A stretch of 64,000 nt of DNA from NCBI GenBank assembly GCA_037305845.1, contig CP147778.1, forward strand, positions 2,784,001 through 2,848,000, in the 5' to 3' direction. A program made the translations under genes and the position numbers. The first letter of the stretch is position 1; every line of letters begins with the position of its first letter. The notes under the pieces are model-generated. The model was not told the origin of the DNA. It made no database searches and was given only the letters and a program-made list of their open reading frames with translations. Below, in pieces: positions 48,041-56,997 of the stretch. This stretch comes from Candidatus Freyarchaeum deiterrae (GTDB taxonomy: Archaea > Asgardarchaeota > Jordiarchaeia > Jordiarchaeales > Jordiarchaeaceae).

Positions 48041-48559
48041 TTGCCAATTATCGAATACTTGGGTAAGGCTCCAAAGATTCACTCGACAGCTTATGTCAGC
48101 CCTAATGCCTTTGTTTCGGGTGCCGTTGAAGTAGGTGAGCGGGGTTCAATTTTTGATTACGCAGTGGTTAGAGGCGACTTCTCAGCTATTAAAATTGGCA
48201 AGAACTCTAATGTTCAGGACTGCTGCTCGGTTCACGCGGCTACAACTGAGTGCGTCATAGGCGACAATGTGACAGTGGGACATGGAGCTGTTATTCATGG
48301 TGCAAAAATTGGTAATATGATAATAGTGGGAATAAACTCAACAGTACTTGATGGGGCTGAGATAGGCGATAACTGCATCATTGGCGCAGGAGCCGTTGTC
48401 ACCCCGAGTACCAAAATTCCCCCAAACAGTTTAGTTGTTGGCAACCCGGGAAAGGTCGCAAGAGAAATCAGCGAAACCCACCTCGCCACAATAAAATTCA
48501 GTGCTGAGAGTTACTCACAACTGGCGCAAAACTACAAAAAGATTTTTAAAAAACCCTAA
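48041..48559 (+). CDS. gamma carbonic anhydrase family protein
   Basis: VRGD, NVQD...H and VGHGAVIHG motifs; hexapeptide repeats; GGAGG SD then TTG. Confidence 0.92.
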   Translation: MPIIEYLGKAPKIHSTAYVSPNAFVSGAVEVGERGSIFDYAVVRGDFSAIKIGKNSNVQDCCSVHAATTECVIGDNVTVGHGAVIHGAKIGNMIIVGINSTVLDGAEIGDNCIIGAGAVVTPSTKIPPNSLVVGNPGKVAREISETHLATIKFSAESYSQLAQNYKKIFKKP

Positions 48560-48577
48560 TCCTAACTCCTTTTATTT

Positions 48578-49180
48578 TTAGGGTCTTTTTACAACATCGA
48601 ATAGTTTGTCCAAATCTTTGGTTATCTTTTCTTTTTTCTCGTTTAACGTCTTCGTTATCATCTGGTATTCATTTTCAGTGATTCTCTTTTCTTCCCTAGC
48701 AACCTCAACTTCTGCCATTCTGCTGAAGAGTCTTTCGAGTTCTCGCTCCAGATCGTGCAGTGAAACTTTAGGTCTTTGACCCATTAGGTCCCAATAACTT
48801 GCGCGAGAGATTTTCCCTTCTTCCTTTAACTCAGGCTTTTTAACTGGTTCAGGTTCTTTCTCCAACATGTATTCCCGTTCTTCCGCTTCCGGCTTAACGC
48901 TGGCTTGCTCTTCTTTCACCATAAGGGTCTCACCAGCGGAGACGAAAATCAGTTCCTGAATCAGGTTGACCGCGGTTTCTAAAAGGGTTTCAACATTTCG
49001 AACCCGCTCGTCTAATCTGTCTATTTTCTGTACTAGGGAATCGAAGCCGTTGTCTATTTTTTTCTTCTCAGTGATCTTATCAAGCATTCTATCAAGGAGT
49101 GATTTCATTCTCTCTATCTCTTCCCTTCCAACCAAAGCCGCTCCCTCCACAATGTCGTATGGGCTCTCAACTTGTTTCAT
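48578..49180 (-). CDS. coiled-coil protein with C-terminal helical hairpin
   Basis: IDRLDERVRNVETLL coiled coil, an E/P/K linker, then VEVAREEKRITENEY. Confidence 0.7.
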   Translation of the reverse strand: MKQVESPYDIVEGAALVGREEIERMKSLLDRMLDKITEKKKIDNGFDSLVQKIDRLDERVRNVETLLETAVNLIQELIFVSAGETLMVKEEQASVKPEAEEREYMLEKEPEPVKKPELKEEGKISRASYWDLMGQRPKVSLHDLERELERLFSRMAEVEVAREEKRITENEYQMITKTLNEKKEKITKDLDKLFDVVKRP

Positions 49181-49476
49181 TTTTAAAGGCTCCCTTCTTA
49201 CCAATTAATCGTATTATTTTATAAACATATTACTTATTTCAAACTACCACAAATCTATTTGTAATACCCATGTAATACCTTATCTTAAGTATTCTCCGCT
49301 ATTTCGCCCAAGAAATGTTGTAATGTATTTTTTAAATAAGTATTTAAATTTTATTATTTACTCGCTTTGTTAAGAGATTCGAGAACTAGTAACCCTTCAG
49401 TTAAAGGAAAAAAATATGAAGTTAAAAAGAAAGAAACTTCTTTTCCCATAGTAAAAAGAAAAAAATTGATATGAGA

Positions 49477-49908
49477 TTATAAGTAGAATACGCCACCAAG
49501 TTGGAAATAATAGAACAATATGGCTCCAATTGCGGCAACTATGATAAAAATGGCCAGTGTTGTTATCATCACAAGTCGGGCTCTTCGTATAAGCTGTAGG
49601 GGTGCTTTTGGTCTAAGCAAGAATATCGTTATAAGAGTGACACCTAGGCCTACCGTTACGAGCCCAACTATGGCATGTACTATTATGAATAAGTTCTCAT
49701 TGGGGTAGGAAAAAGAACTAAGATATGTAAGGGCGCTAGGAGCCATCCAAAGGATTATGATGGCTACTTGTGTAGCGATCACCGAATAAACTATTCCGTG
49801 GTGCAGCCTTAGGTTTAGTCTTCTTGCTCCGAAACGCCAACCAATAATAAGTGCCGCTACTAAAGCTATTTCAACTGGTAGCACGATTATAGCTTGTAAA
49901 GCAGGCAT
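49477..49908 (-). CDS. 4-TM membrane protein, DUF420-like
   Basis: GWR..R..N..LH and IIVHAIVG, with His in TM2 and TM3. Confidence 0.65.
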   Translation of the reverse strand: MPALQAIIVLPVEIALVAALIIGWRFGARRLNLRLHHGIVYSVIATQVAIIILWMAPSALTYLSSFSYPNENLFIIVHAIVGLVTVGLGVTLITIFLLRPKAPLQLIRRARLVMITTLAIFIIVAAIGAILFYYFQLGGVFYL

Positions 49909-49915
49909 GTTCTTT

Positions 49916-50680
49916 TCACTTCCTCTTCTTTTTCTTCTCTACTTTGGCACTAATATCGCTGATGCTTCCCCTAGTAGTGAACATACAGGAATCAATTGAA
50001 GTTTCCCTATTCTCATGACTAGTCAGAATTGCTGATCCTATCATTCCCCAGGGGCAAAACCTGGTATTGGCTTTTAGGTAAGCATCTGAATCATGAATCT
50101 TTGCGAAGGCGCAACCATTTGCAACAACTTTGACCTTGTTATCTTCAGTCACTGTAGCTCGGGCGTATTTTACAAATTTCTTTTCCTGAATGTATTTGGT
50201 GTACGCGTCGAGTTTATCTTTCAGTGGAACTTTTTCTCCTATAAATGCCGCCGGGAGGTAAGCCGAGAGGATGTCAGCTAATCGTTTGAACACATAATTC
50301 TTAATTGCAGTGTCACCCAGGATGTTTATGAAAACACTTTCGTAGCCAAAAATTGCAGCTCTAAGTTCCCAAATTTCCTCCATTGTGAAAGCCTGTGCCG
50401 CCCGTTCTTCACTAGTTCGTTCTACCTTTTTTTTGAGTCGCGACATGAAAGATTTAAGCTCGGAAATCAATTTATCAGAGTCCCCTTTCTCGGAGAAGAT
50501 TTCTGGAAGAAACTCTCGGACATAATAAACCATTCTCGGTAATACGTGCTCCTCCAGAACGTTTGGGCCAATCAGTTCAATTCCAACCGCTTCATAGGCT
50601 TCTAAAATACCGTTGTAAAGGAACACCGCTTCCAATTCTTCTTTATTAGTCTTGGATTCATCCATTTCGTTCCCTTGCAT
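49916..50680 (-). CDS. hypothetical protein with internal duplication and V4R-like C-terminus
   Basis: 84-aa-period repeat; GCAF...FCPWG...DSC. Confidence 0.7.
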   Translation of the reverse strand: MQGNEMDESKTNKEELEAVFLYNGILEAYEAVGIELIGPNVLEEHVLPRMVYYVREFLPEIFSEKGDSDKLISELKSFMSRLKKKVERTSEERAAQAFTMEEIWELRAAIFGYESVFINILGDTAIKNYVFKRLADILSAYLPAAFIGEKVPLKDKLDAYTKYIQEKKFVKYARATVTEDNKVKVVANGCAFAKIHDSDAYLKANTRFCPWGMIGSAILTSHENRETSIDSCMFTTRGSISDISAKVEKKKKRK

Positions 50681-50761
50681 AATATACACTTCCCTTCCTT
50701 TTGTGGCAGTTACTAATCATTAAAAAATATAACATAAAAATATTTCTACTTAACTAGATAG

Positions 50762-51802
50762 TTAAGAGTACCGAAATAGCGAAACTGCAAAGTCCTCGCT
50801 TGAATTCTTCCGGTGAAGTGAGAGCCGTTTCGTACCACCATCGATAATGAATACGTTCAACTCATCGAACGCCCGGTGATTAATCAGCTTGGAGAAACCA
50901 TTGATATTATTTATCAAAGTTGAGAGAATGATTCCACTGAGCTGAGGAAGCGGCTCACCTTCCTCATGGATGATGCTCCCATTTTTTGGGAGAGTTGATC
51001 TGTTCAGGGTGAATGTATTTTTGTGGGATAAGCTAACTAAAGAGTCTAAGGAAGCGTAGTAACACATGTTAATTGCAGCATCTAGAACCTCCTGTTCAGG
51101 AGTCTGCGGTGCACCAGTTGCCAAACTGAGGATTTTTCCACTCCAAACAGAAGCGACCGCATATTCTTGTGAACGGATGGTGAAATAAGAATACGAATCT
51201 GAGAGTCCTAGTTTCGAGAGAGCTTGTTGCAGCGTCGTGAATAAGAGTAAAAATTCCTTAATCTGCTCTTCTCTGAACAAAGGTTTTGGACGGGCAAAAT
51301 GGGTGATTTCCTTTCTCTCCTCTGAATCTACTAGAAAGGCAAGCGGTATGTTTGTTCTCTTCTGAAGCATTTCCTTGATGTAAGATGCCTGTCCTTCTAC
51401 ACTAAAAAGTTGAGATACTAGCACCGAAATCTCCTTTTTTAACTTCTCCTTCTCCGGAGTGTTTAATACCGGAAACTCTTCTTTGGAAACCAGAGTTTGC
51501 TCAACAAGGTCGTGAATCTTCTTTAGAGCATCTCTAGCAAGGCGCTCTGGCACTTTTCTATCGAAGATACTCACAACCACTTTGTCCTCGTCGCAACACT
51601 TCATAAAAAGAAAGTACTCCCTTTCCGTCGAGAAGGAATCAATAACATCCGAACGAGTAGTCTCACTGAAATCCTTGATTGCACTTAGAAGACCTGAAGA
51701 AAGAATAATAGATGAATCACTATCCTTCATCTTTTTATCACTAGAATAATAGAAGAAGGGAATACCATTGCCAATAACAAAAACCTCTTTGAGCATTTCC
51801 AT
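50762..51802 (-). CDS. longin/roadblock multi-domain protein
   Basis: EVFVI.NGIPFF...LSSGLLSAIKDFS longin signature; the second and third segments have a similar beta-beta-alpha-beta-beta-beta pattern. Confidence 0.75.
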   Translation of the reverse strand: MEMLKEVFVIGNGIPFFYYSSDKKMKDSDSSIILSSGLLSAIKDFSETTRSDVIDSFSTEREYFLFMKCCDEDKVVVSIFDRKVPERLARDALKKIHDLVEQTLVSKEEFPVLNTPEKEKLKKEISVLVSQLFSVEGQASYIKEMLQKRTNIPLAFLVDSEERKEITHFARPKPLFREEQIKEFLLLFTTLQQALSKLGLSDSYSYFTIRSQEYAVASVWSGKILSLATGAPQTPEQEVLDAAINMCYYASLDSLVSLSHKNTFTLNRSTLPKNGSIIHEEGEPLPQLSGIILSTLINNINGFSKLINHRAFDELNVFIIDGGTKRLSLHRKNSSEDFAVSLFRYS

Positions 51803-52385
51803 TGAACTCACTTCCCGCCTGACGAAATTGATTCGCACATGAGGTTGTGACAACTTGCTCTTAAGCGACTTTTTTCTCCTAAACCATTATAGAACATATT
51901 TCGAAGGATAGAATATATTCTTTCACATTGCTCATTCCTTACTATAAGATAATAAGAATGCTTAGTCACCAAGTGGATTAAACCAGGATTGGGATAAACA
52001 CATACCAGCATCCCGTTTCTTCCCCTTATAACTAGTTGCTCAGCGTTTAGTAAATAATTAGCTGAGAAAAATGATTTTTAATTTTGAGCTAGGCTTTTAT
52101 GAAATTATTTTACAAGCAAAATTTGCGAAAGAATTATTTTATTAATTTTATAAGTGAATATCCCTTATCAACTTTTCTTACCGTATTATTATTCTGCCAC
52201 AAGTTTTTGTACTAAAAAGCCAAAACTTATAAGTTCCAAGCCAACAAGAAAACATTTTTATTGACTCGCTTCCCCATCTGTAAAATTTCCCCATTTATGC
52301 ATTTGGAAGTTACAGAACAAGCTGCATTTACTAATTAATCAATAAAACAAAATAAGAAATTAAGATAAAAAGTTTAAAAAATATG

Positions 52386-53189
52386 TTACCTACCTAGCCT
52401 TTTAAGTTCATCAGGTTCCATTTTTGCTATTTTCCCGTTTTTGTCGATAACGCCGACTTGGCGTACAGGCACCCCTGCCCAAACTGTATTCGGCGGAATC
52501 TTTGTATCCTTTGGAATAAATGACATACCCGCGATGAATGAATTGTCTCCGATAGTAGTCCCTGGAAGAACCATCGTTTCGCCTCCAACTACTGCATTAT
52601 TTCCTATTCTTATCTTCGCCATGTAGAATCGGTTTCCTTCAATCATATGTGTTGCCAGAATAGAGCTGACTCCACAGATAGCATTGTCGCCCATTTCAAC
52701 CATGTACGGCTCACCCATTATAGCGACTACAGCGTTTTTACCCATTTTTGCACCAAGGAATCTGTGAATTCTGGTCTGTAGACCTGGTTGCCCCCAAGGG
52801 AAGGCACCTACAGTCGCAGAGGCGAAAGCGGTCATAGCGGCATTCGAGACCCATTTTCTAACAGTCTCATCACGCATATCGAAATCGTGGGACCCCTCCT
52901 CCAGAGGCTTTACTGTAAAGTGTGCAAAGAGTAGCAACGTTAGTTTGAATGTCCACTTTACCACAAAGTACAGAAACGGGGTGAGAGCAATCCAAACCCA
53001 AATCGGCATATCAATACGATACATACTATAAAGCAGTATCGAAAGCAGGTACACGCCGTAACAAATTGCACCAGACACTGCACCTGCAGCTATAAAACTT
53101 ATTAGCGTAGCACTACCCAAAAGAACGCCGGTCTTCGGCGGTCTCCGTGTTTTTAAATCCTCTACTTTTTCTTCCTTCTTTTTAGCCAA
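52386..53189 (-). CDS. membrane-anchored hexapeptide-repeat (LbH) acyltransferase-like protein
   Basis: 2 TM, LGAKMG, IRIGNNAVVG..VLPG and WAGVP motifs. Confidence 0.82.
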   Translation of the reverse strand: MAKKKEEKVEDLKTRRPPKTGVLLGSATLISFIAAGAVSGAICYGVYLLSILLYSMYRIDMPIWVWIALTPFLYFVVKWTFKLTLLLFAHFTVKPLEEGSHDFDMRDETVRKWVSNAAMTAFASATVGAFPWGQPGLQTRIHRFLGAKMGKNAVVAIMGEPYMVEMGDNAICGVSSILATHMIEGNRFYMAKIRIGNNAVVGGETMVLPGTTIGDNSFIAGMSFIPKDTKIPPNTVWAGVPVRQVGVIDKNGKIAKMEPDELKRLGR

Positions 53190-53397
53190 GTTACAACACC
53201 TCTCATAAAATATTTTAACTACATTAACTCCAAGAGAATAAAACATTTACGTATTATAAATCATTGTCCATTTGTGCAGAAAGAATTTTCTCATTATCCA
53301 ATAAATTTATTAAATTGGAATATAGTCAAGCCATTCATAAGTTAAACGATTTCCACTTGTCCGCTTCTCCATTTAGAATTTAAAGGATGTAACTTGT

Positions 53398-53925
53398 TTG
53401 AGTGATGATAATGTTGTTCCCGTGTTTGCTCACGCTTTCTTCAGCGTATCAAGCGTCGGGGAGTTCCATCAACTCCTAACATACGATTACTACGATCCCG
53501 ACGAATACTACCTGAATCTTGAGTCAAACCCCGAGGAGTACAACAAGGAAATAGAAAAACTCTGGTTGAACATGCAGGGCTTCCTCAAGGAAGAGAAAAA
53601 CAAAGTTAATGGTAAAGCCGTCTACCCCAAAGTTATCTACACAGATATACAGTTCCGCGGTAGCGAAGACATGCCCTTTATTTTCTGGGTAATTAGTTTC
53701 AAGGGAGAGTTTAAGGAGGGAGAAAATGTTTATGTAACGTTCACAGAGGAAGAGGTTCTGGAATATGATTGTGATGCAGTATGGACATTTCCTGAGGACT
53801 GCGAAATTTTATCCGTTACTACTCCCATGGACTATGAGATTATGAATAATATTCTGCTCTTCTGGGCTAGGAAAGGTGATAAAATAGGGGGACATGAGGA
53901 GATAAGGTTCAAAATCAAGGGTTAG
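53398..53925 (+). CDS. acidic hypothetical protein
   Basis: 175-aa ORF with protein-like composition and AAGGA SD; no motif recognised. Confidence 0.75.
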   Translation: MSDDNVVPVFAHAFFSVSSVGEFHQLLTYDYYDPDEYYLNLESNPEEYNKEIEKLWLNMQGFLKEEKNKVNGKAVYPKVIYTDIQFRGSEDMPFIFWVISFKGEFKEGENVYVTFTEEEVLEYDCDAVWTFPEDCEILSVTTPMDYEIMNNILLFWARKGDKIGGHEEIRFKIKG

Positions 53926-54121
53926 AATTTTAATTGGTTTTTATTGTTCACGGTTATGGGTGATTGTGTACCAACCGATAACTTTATAATTCGGCAACCA
54001 TTTCTAGTCGTTCGATGGAGTTATTGCTTTTTGAAAAAATAAAATAACTGATACCCTAGTAGGAAAGGAAAAATATATCTATACCTATAATAATTTAAAA
54101 TAAGAAAGGGGAAAATAATAG

Positions 54122-56683
54122 ATGAAGAAAGAAAAAATTCCGATTCAGGGAATGCATTGTGCGACCTGCGCCGGAACTATAGAGAAATCACTATACGAAC
54201 TACAGGGTATTTCAAAAGCTGATGTTAGTTACGGTTCCGAGAGCGCGATTGTCACTTATGATGAAAACAAGGTTAATTTAAGCTCCATACACAATCAGAT
54301 AACCAAGGCTGGTTACGACGTTAAAAAGGAGAAAGTAAGACTGAAAATCGTTGGAATGCATTGTGCGACCTGTGTACAGACCGTTGAAAAAGCTCTACTG
54401 AGTGTGGAGGGTGTACTATCCGCCGAAGTTAGCTTAGGTGCCGAGAGTGCAATTGTTACCTACACTTCCCCTGCAACAATTGCTGATATGAAAAAAGCGG
54501 TTAAAGAAGCGGGTTACAAGGTAATAGACGAGTATTCAGAAAAAGAGGCTGCAAAGGTTCTCACAAGGCAGAAACGGATTTTCGCTTTTACAGTACTCCT
54601 CACAATTCCCATAGTTATTGGAAGTTTTGCTAGCGTACTTCCATTCCCGGTTCCCGCTATCATGCAGAATCCAATATTCCTGTTTCTACTCGCAACACCT
54701 GTTCAATTTATTGGAGGTTACCAATACTATAGAGGCTCTTATTATTCTCTCAGGAATAAGGTAGCGAATATGGATGTCTTAATAGCCATGGGTACGTCCG
54801 TGGCTTATTTCTACAGCGTATTTGCCACTTTCATAATTCCCGGTCAATTATACTATGATACCGGAGCCATGATCCTGTCGTTCATTTCTTTGGGAAAGCT
54901 CCTAGAAGCAATCGCTAAAGGCAGAACGAGTGAAGCGGTTAAGAAGTTAGTGCAGCTACAGGCCAAAACCGCTGTTGTTATCAGAGATGGGGAAGAGGTG
55001 GAAATTCCCATAGACGAAGTTGCTGTGAAAGATATCCTTGTAGTAAAACCCGGTGAAAAAATTCCTGTAGATGGAACCGTGAAAGAAGGGCACTCGACCG
55101 TCGATGAATCTATGATAACCGGAGAACCAATACCTGCTGAGAAGAATGTAGGAGACCAAGTTATAGGTTCAACCATAAATAAAAACGGTTACCTGCACGT
55201 AGAGGCGCAGAAGGTTGGCAAAGACACTATGCTTTCACAAATAATTCGAATGGTGGAGGAGGCTCAAGGCTCAAAGGCACCCATACAAAGTTTAGCTGAT
55301 AAGGTAGCTTCAATTTTCGTACCCTCAGTTATTCTTCTAGCATTTGGAGCCTTCCTATACTGGTTAATTATTGGGCAAAAAGATCCTCTGTTCTCGATGC
55401 TTATTCTGGTCGCGGTTCTCGTTATTTCATGTCCCTGCGCTCTAGGGTTAGCTACCCCAACCGCCATAATGGTGGGTACGGGTAAGGGAGCGGAAGCCGG
55501 TATACTCATTAAAGGCGGAGAATCCCTAGAGAAAGCCTACAAAATTAACACCGTGGTTCTCGACAAGACCGGAACCATAACTAAGGGTGAGCCAGAAGTA
55601 ACCGATGTAGTGGGCGATGTGCTAGAAATTGCAGCGGCGGTGGAAAAAGATTCCGAGCATCCACTGGCCGAAGCAATAATAAGAAAAGCCAAGGAAGAAA
55701 AAATCAAAATTCCAAACGTGAAAGCCTTCTACGAATATCCCGGTAAGGGAGTGAAGGCGGAGCTTAACGGAATGGAAATACTCGTAGGAAACAGAAAACT
55801 GGTCAAAGAGGAAAAACTGAAAAATAGCTTTGAAAAGGAGTCACGAAAACTCGAGGAGATGGGAAAAACAGTACTATTCGTAGCAGAAGACCGAGAAGTA
55901 AGGGGACTAATCGCCATAGCCGACACTCTAATGGAACACTCCATGGAAGCAATCCAGGAACTGAAAAACATGAACCTGGACGTGGTTATGATAACTGGTG
56001 ATAATCAGAAAACCGCTCAGGCAATAGCCAGCCAGGTCGGCATAGACCGAGTATTATCCGAAGTTCTGCCCGAGGACAAGGCAAGCGAAGTGAAAAAAAT
56101 CCAAGAGGAAGGAAGAATCGTAGCCATGGTGGGCGATGGAATAAACGACGCACCAGCCCTCGCACAGGCAGACGTAGGGATAGCCATAGGCTCGGGAACC
56201 GATGTGGCAATCGAAACCGGCGACATAGTTCTCATAAAACACGACCTGAGAGACATCGCAACATCCATAAGGCTGAGCAAAAAATCAGTAAACAAGATAA
56301 AGCAGAACCTGTTCTGGGCATTCATATACAACATTATAGCCATCCCTATAGCGGCTGGAATACTCTACCCCATACTATTACCTCCCGCCCTAGCAGCGGC
56401 GGCGATGGCAATGAGCTCAGTAACCGTTGTATCCAACTCACTCTTACTCAAAAGATTCAACCCCCAAAAGAGAAAAATAAAAATAAAAAAAGAAAAAGGA
56501 GGAGAAAAAATGGCAAAAGCTAAAGCTACCAAAGCTACCAAAGCTACAGACCCAGTGTGCAAGATGGAAGTAGATCCAAAAACAGCCAAATTAAAGAGCG
56601 ATTACAAAGGAAAAACTTACTATTTCTGTGCTCCCGGCTGCAAGAAATCATTTGACGAGAATCCCCAAAAATTTGTAAAGTAA
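54122..56683 (+). CDS. copA: Cu(I)-exporting P1B-1 ATPase with 2 N-terminal HMA domains and a C-terminal YHS domain
   Basis: GMHCATC x2, CPC, DKTGT, SEHP, YN..., MAMSS and DPVC.M...YFCAPGC. Confidence 0.95.
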   Translation: MKKEKIPIQGMHCATCAGTIEKSLYELQGISKADVSYGSESAIVTYDENKVNLSSIHNQITKAGYDVKKEKVRLKIVGMHCATCVQTVEKALLSVEGVLSAEVSLGAESAIVTYTSPATIADMKKAVKEAGYKVIDEYSEKEAAKVLTRQKRIFAFTVLLTIPIVIGSFASVLPFPVPAIMQNPIFLFLLATPVQFIGGYQYYRGSYYSLRNKVANMDVLIAMGTSVAYFYSVFATFIIPGQLYYDTGAMILSFISLGKLLEAIAKGRTSEAVKKLVQLQAKTAVVIRDGEEVEIPIDEVAVKDILVVKPGEKIPVDGTVKEGHSTVDESMITGEPIPAEKNVGDQVIGSTINKNGYLHVEAQKVGKDTMLSQIIRMVEEAQGSKAPIQSLADKVASIFVPSVILLAFGAFLYWLIIGQKDPLFSMLILVAVLVISCPCALGLATPTAIMVGTGKGAEAGILIKGGESLEKAYKINTVVLDKTGTITKGEPEVTDVVGDVLEIAAAVEKDSEHPLAEAIIRKAKEEKIKIPNVKAFYEYPGKGVKAELNGMEILVGNRKLVKEEKLKNSFEKESRKLEEMGKTVLFVAEDREVRGLIAIADTLMEHSMEAIQELKNMNLDVVMITGDNQKTAQAIASQVGIDRVLSEVLPEDKASEVKKIQEEGRIVAMVGDGINDAPALAQADVGIAIGSGTDVAIETGDIVLIKHDLRDIATSIRLSKKSVNKIKQNLFWAFIYNIIAIPIAAGILYPILLPPALAAAAMAMSSVTVVSNSLLLKRFNPQKRKIKIKKEKGGEKMAKAKATKATKATDPVCKMEVDPKTAKLKSDYKGKTYYFCAPGCKKSFDENPQKFVK

Positions 56684-56721
56684 AGTAAGAAACAAAATAA
56701 AAATTCCAATTTCTACCTTTA

Positions 56722-56740
56722 CTTCTTTTTTTATTTTTTT
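56722..56740 (+). terminator. T-rich terminator-like tract after copA
   Basis: T-rich tract (T7 and T7 runs) about 40 nt after the stop. Confidence 0.4.
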
Positions 56741-56827
56741 GGATAAATACTTCTAGAATAATAATTATCTAAGTGCTGATTTGTTTTTCAAAACTTTATG
56801 TTGAGATGCAAGAAATAATTTCTAAAC

Positions 56828-56846
56828 AAGCTATATCAGATAGCTT
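56828..56846. promoter_or_regulatory. perfect 7-5-7 inverted repeat upstream of copB, candidate operator
   Basis: AAGCTAT-ATCAG-ATAGCTT. Confidence 0.4.
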
Positions 56847-56997
56847 AAAATTAAAACTTACTACATATCTATATTGTCCGTGATAAACATGGTGGGGATA
56901 CATGAACATTTTAAGTAAATTGCACCTCGCTTCCTCAAAAGATTTCCAAAATTCATAAAGGAGGGGTAAAACGAAACATAAACAACAAGACCACCAA

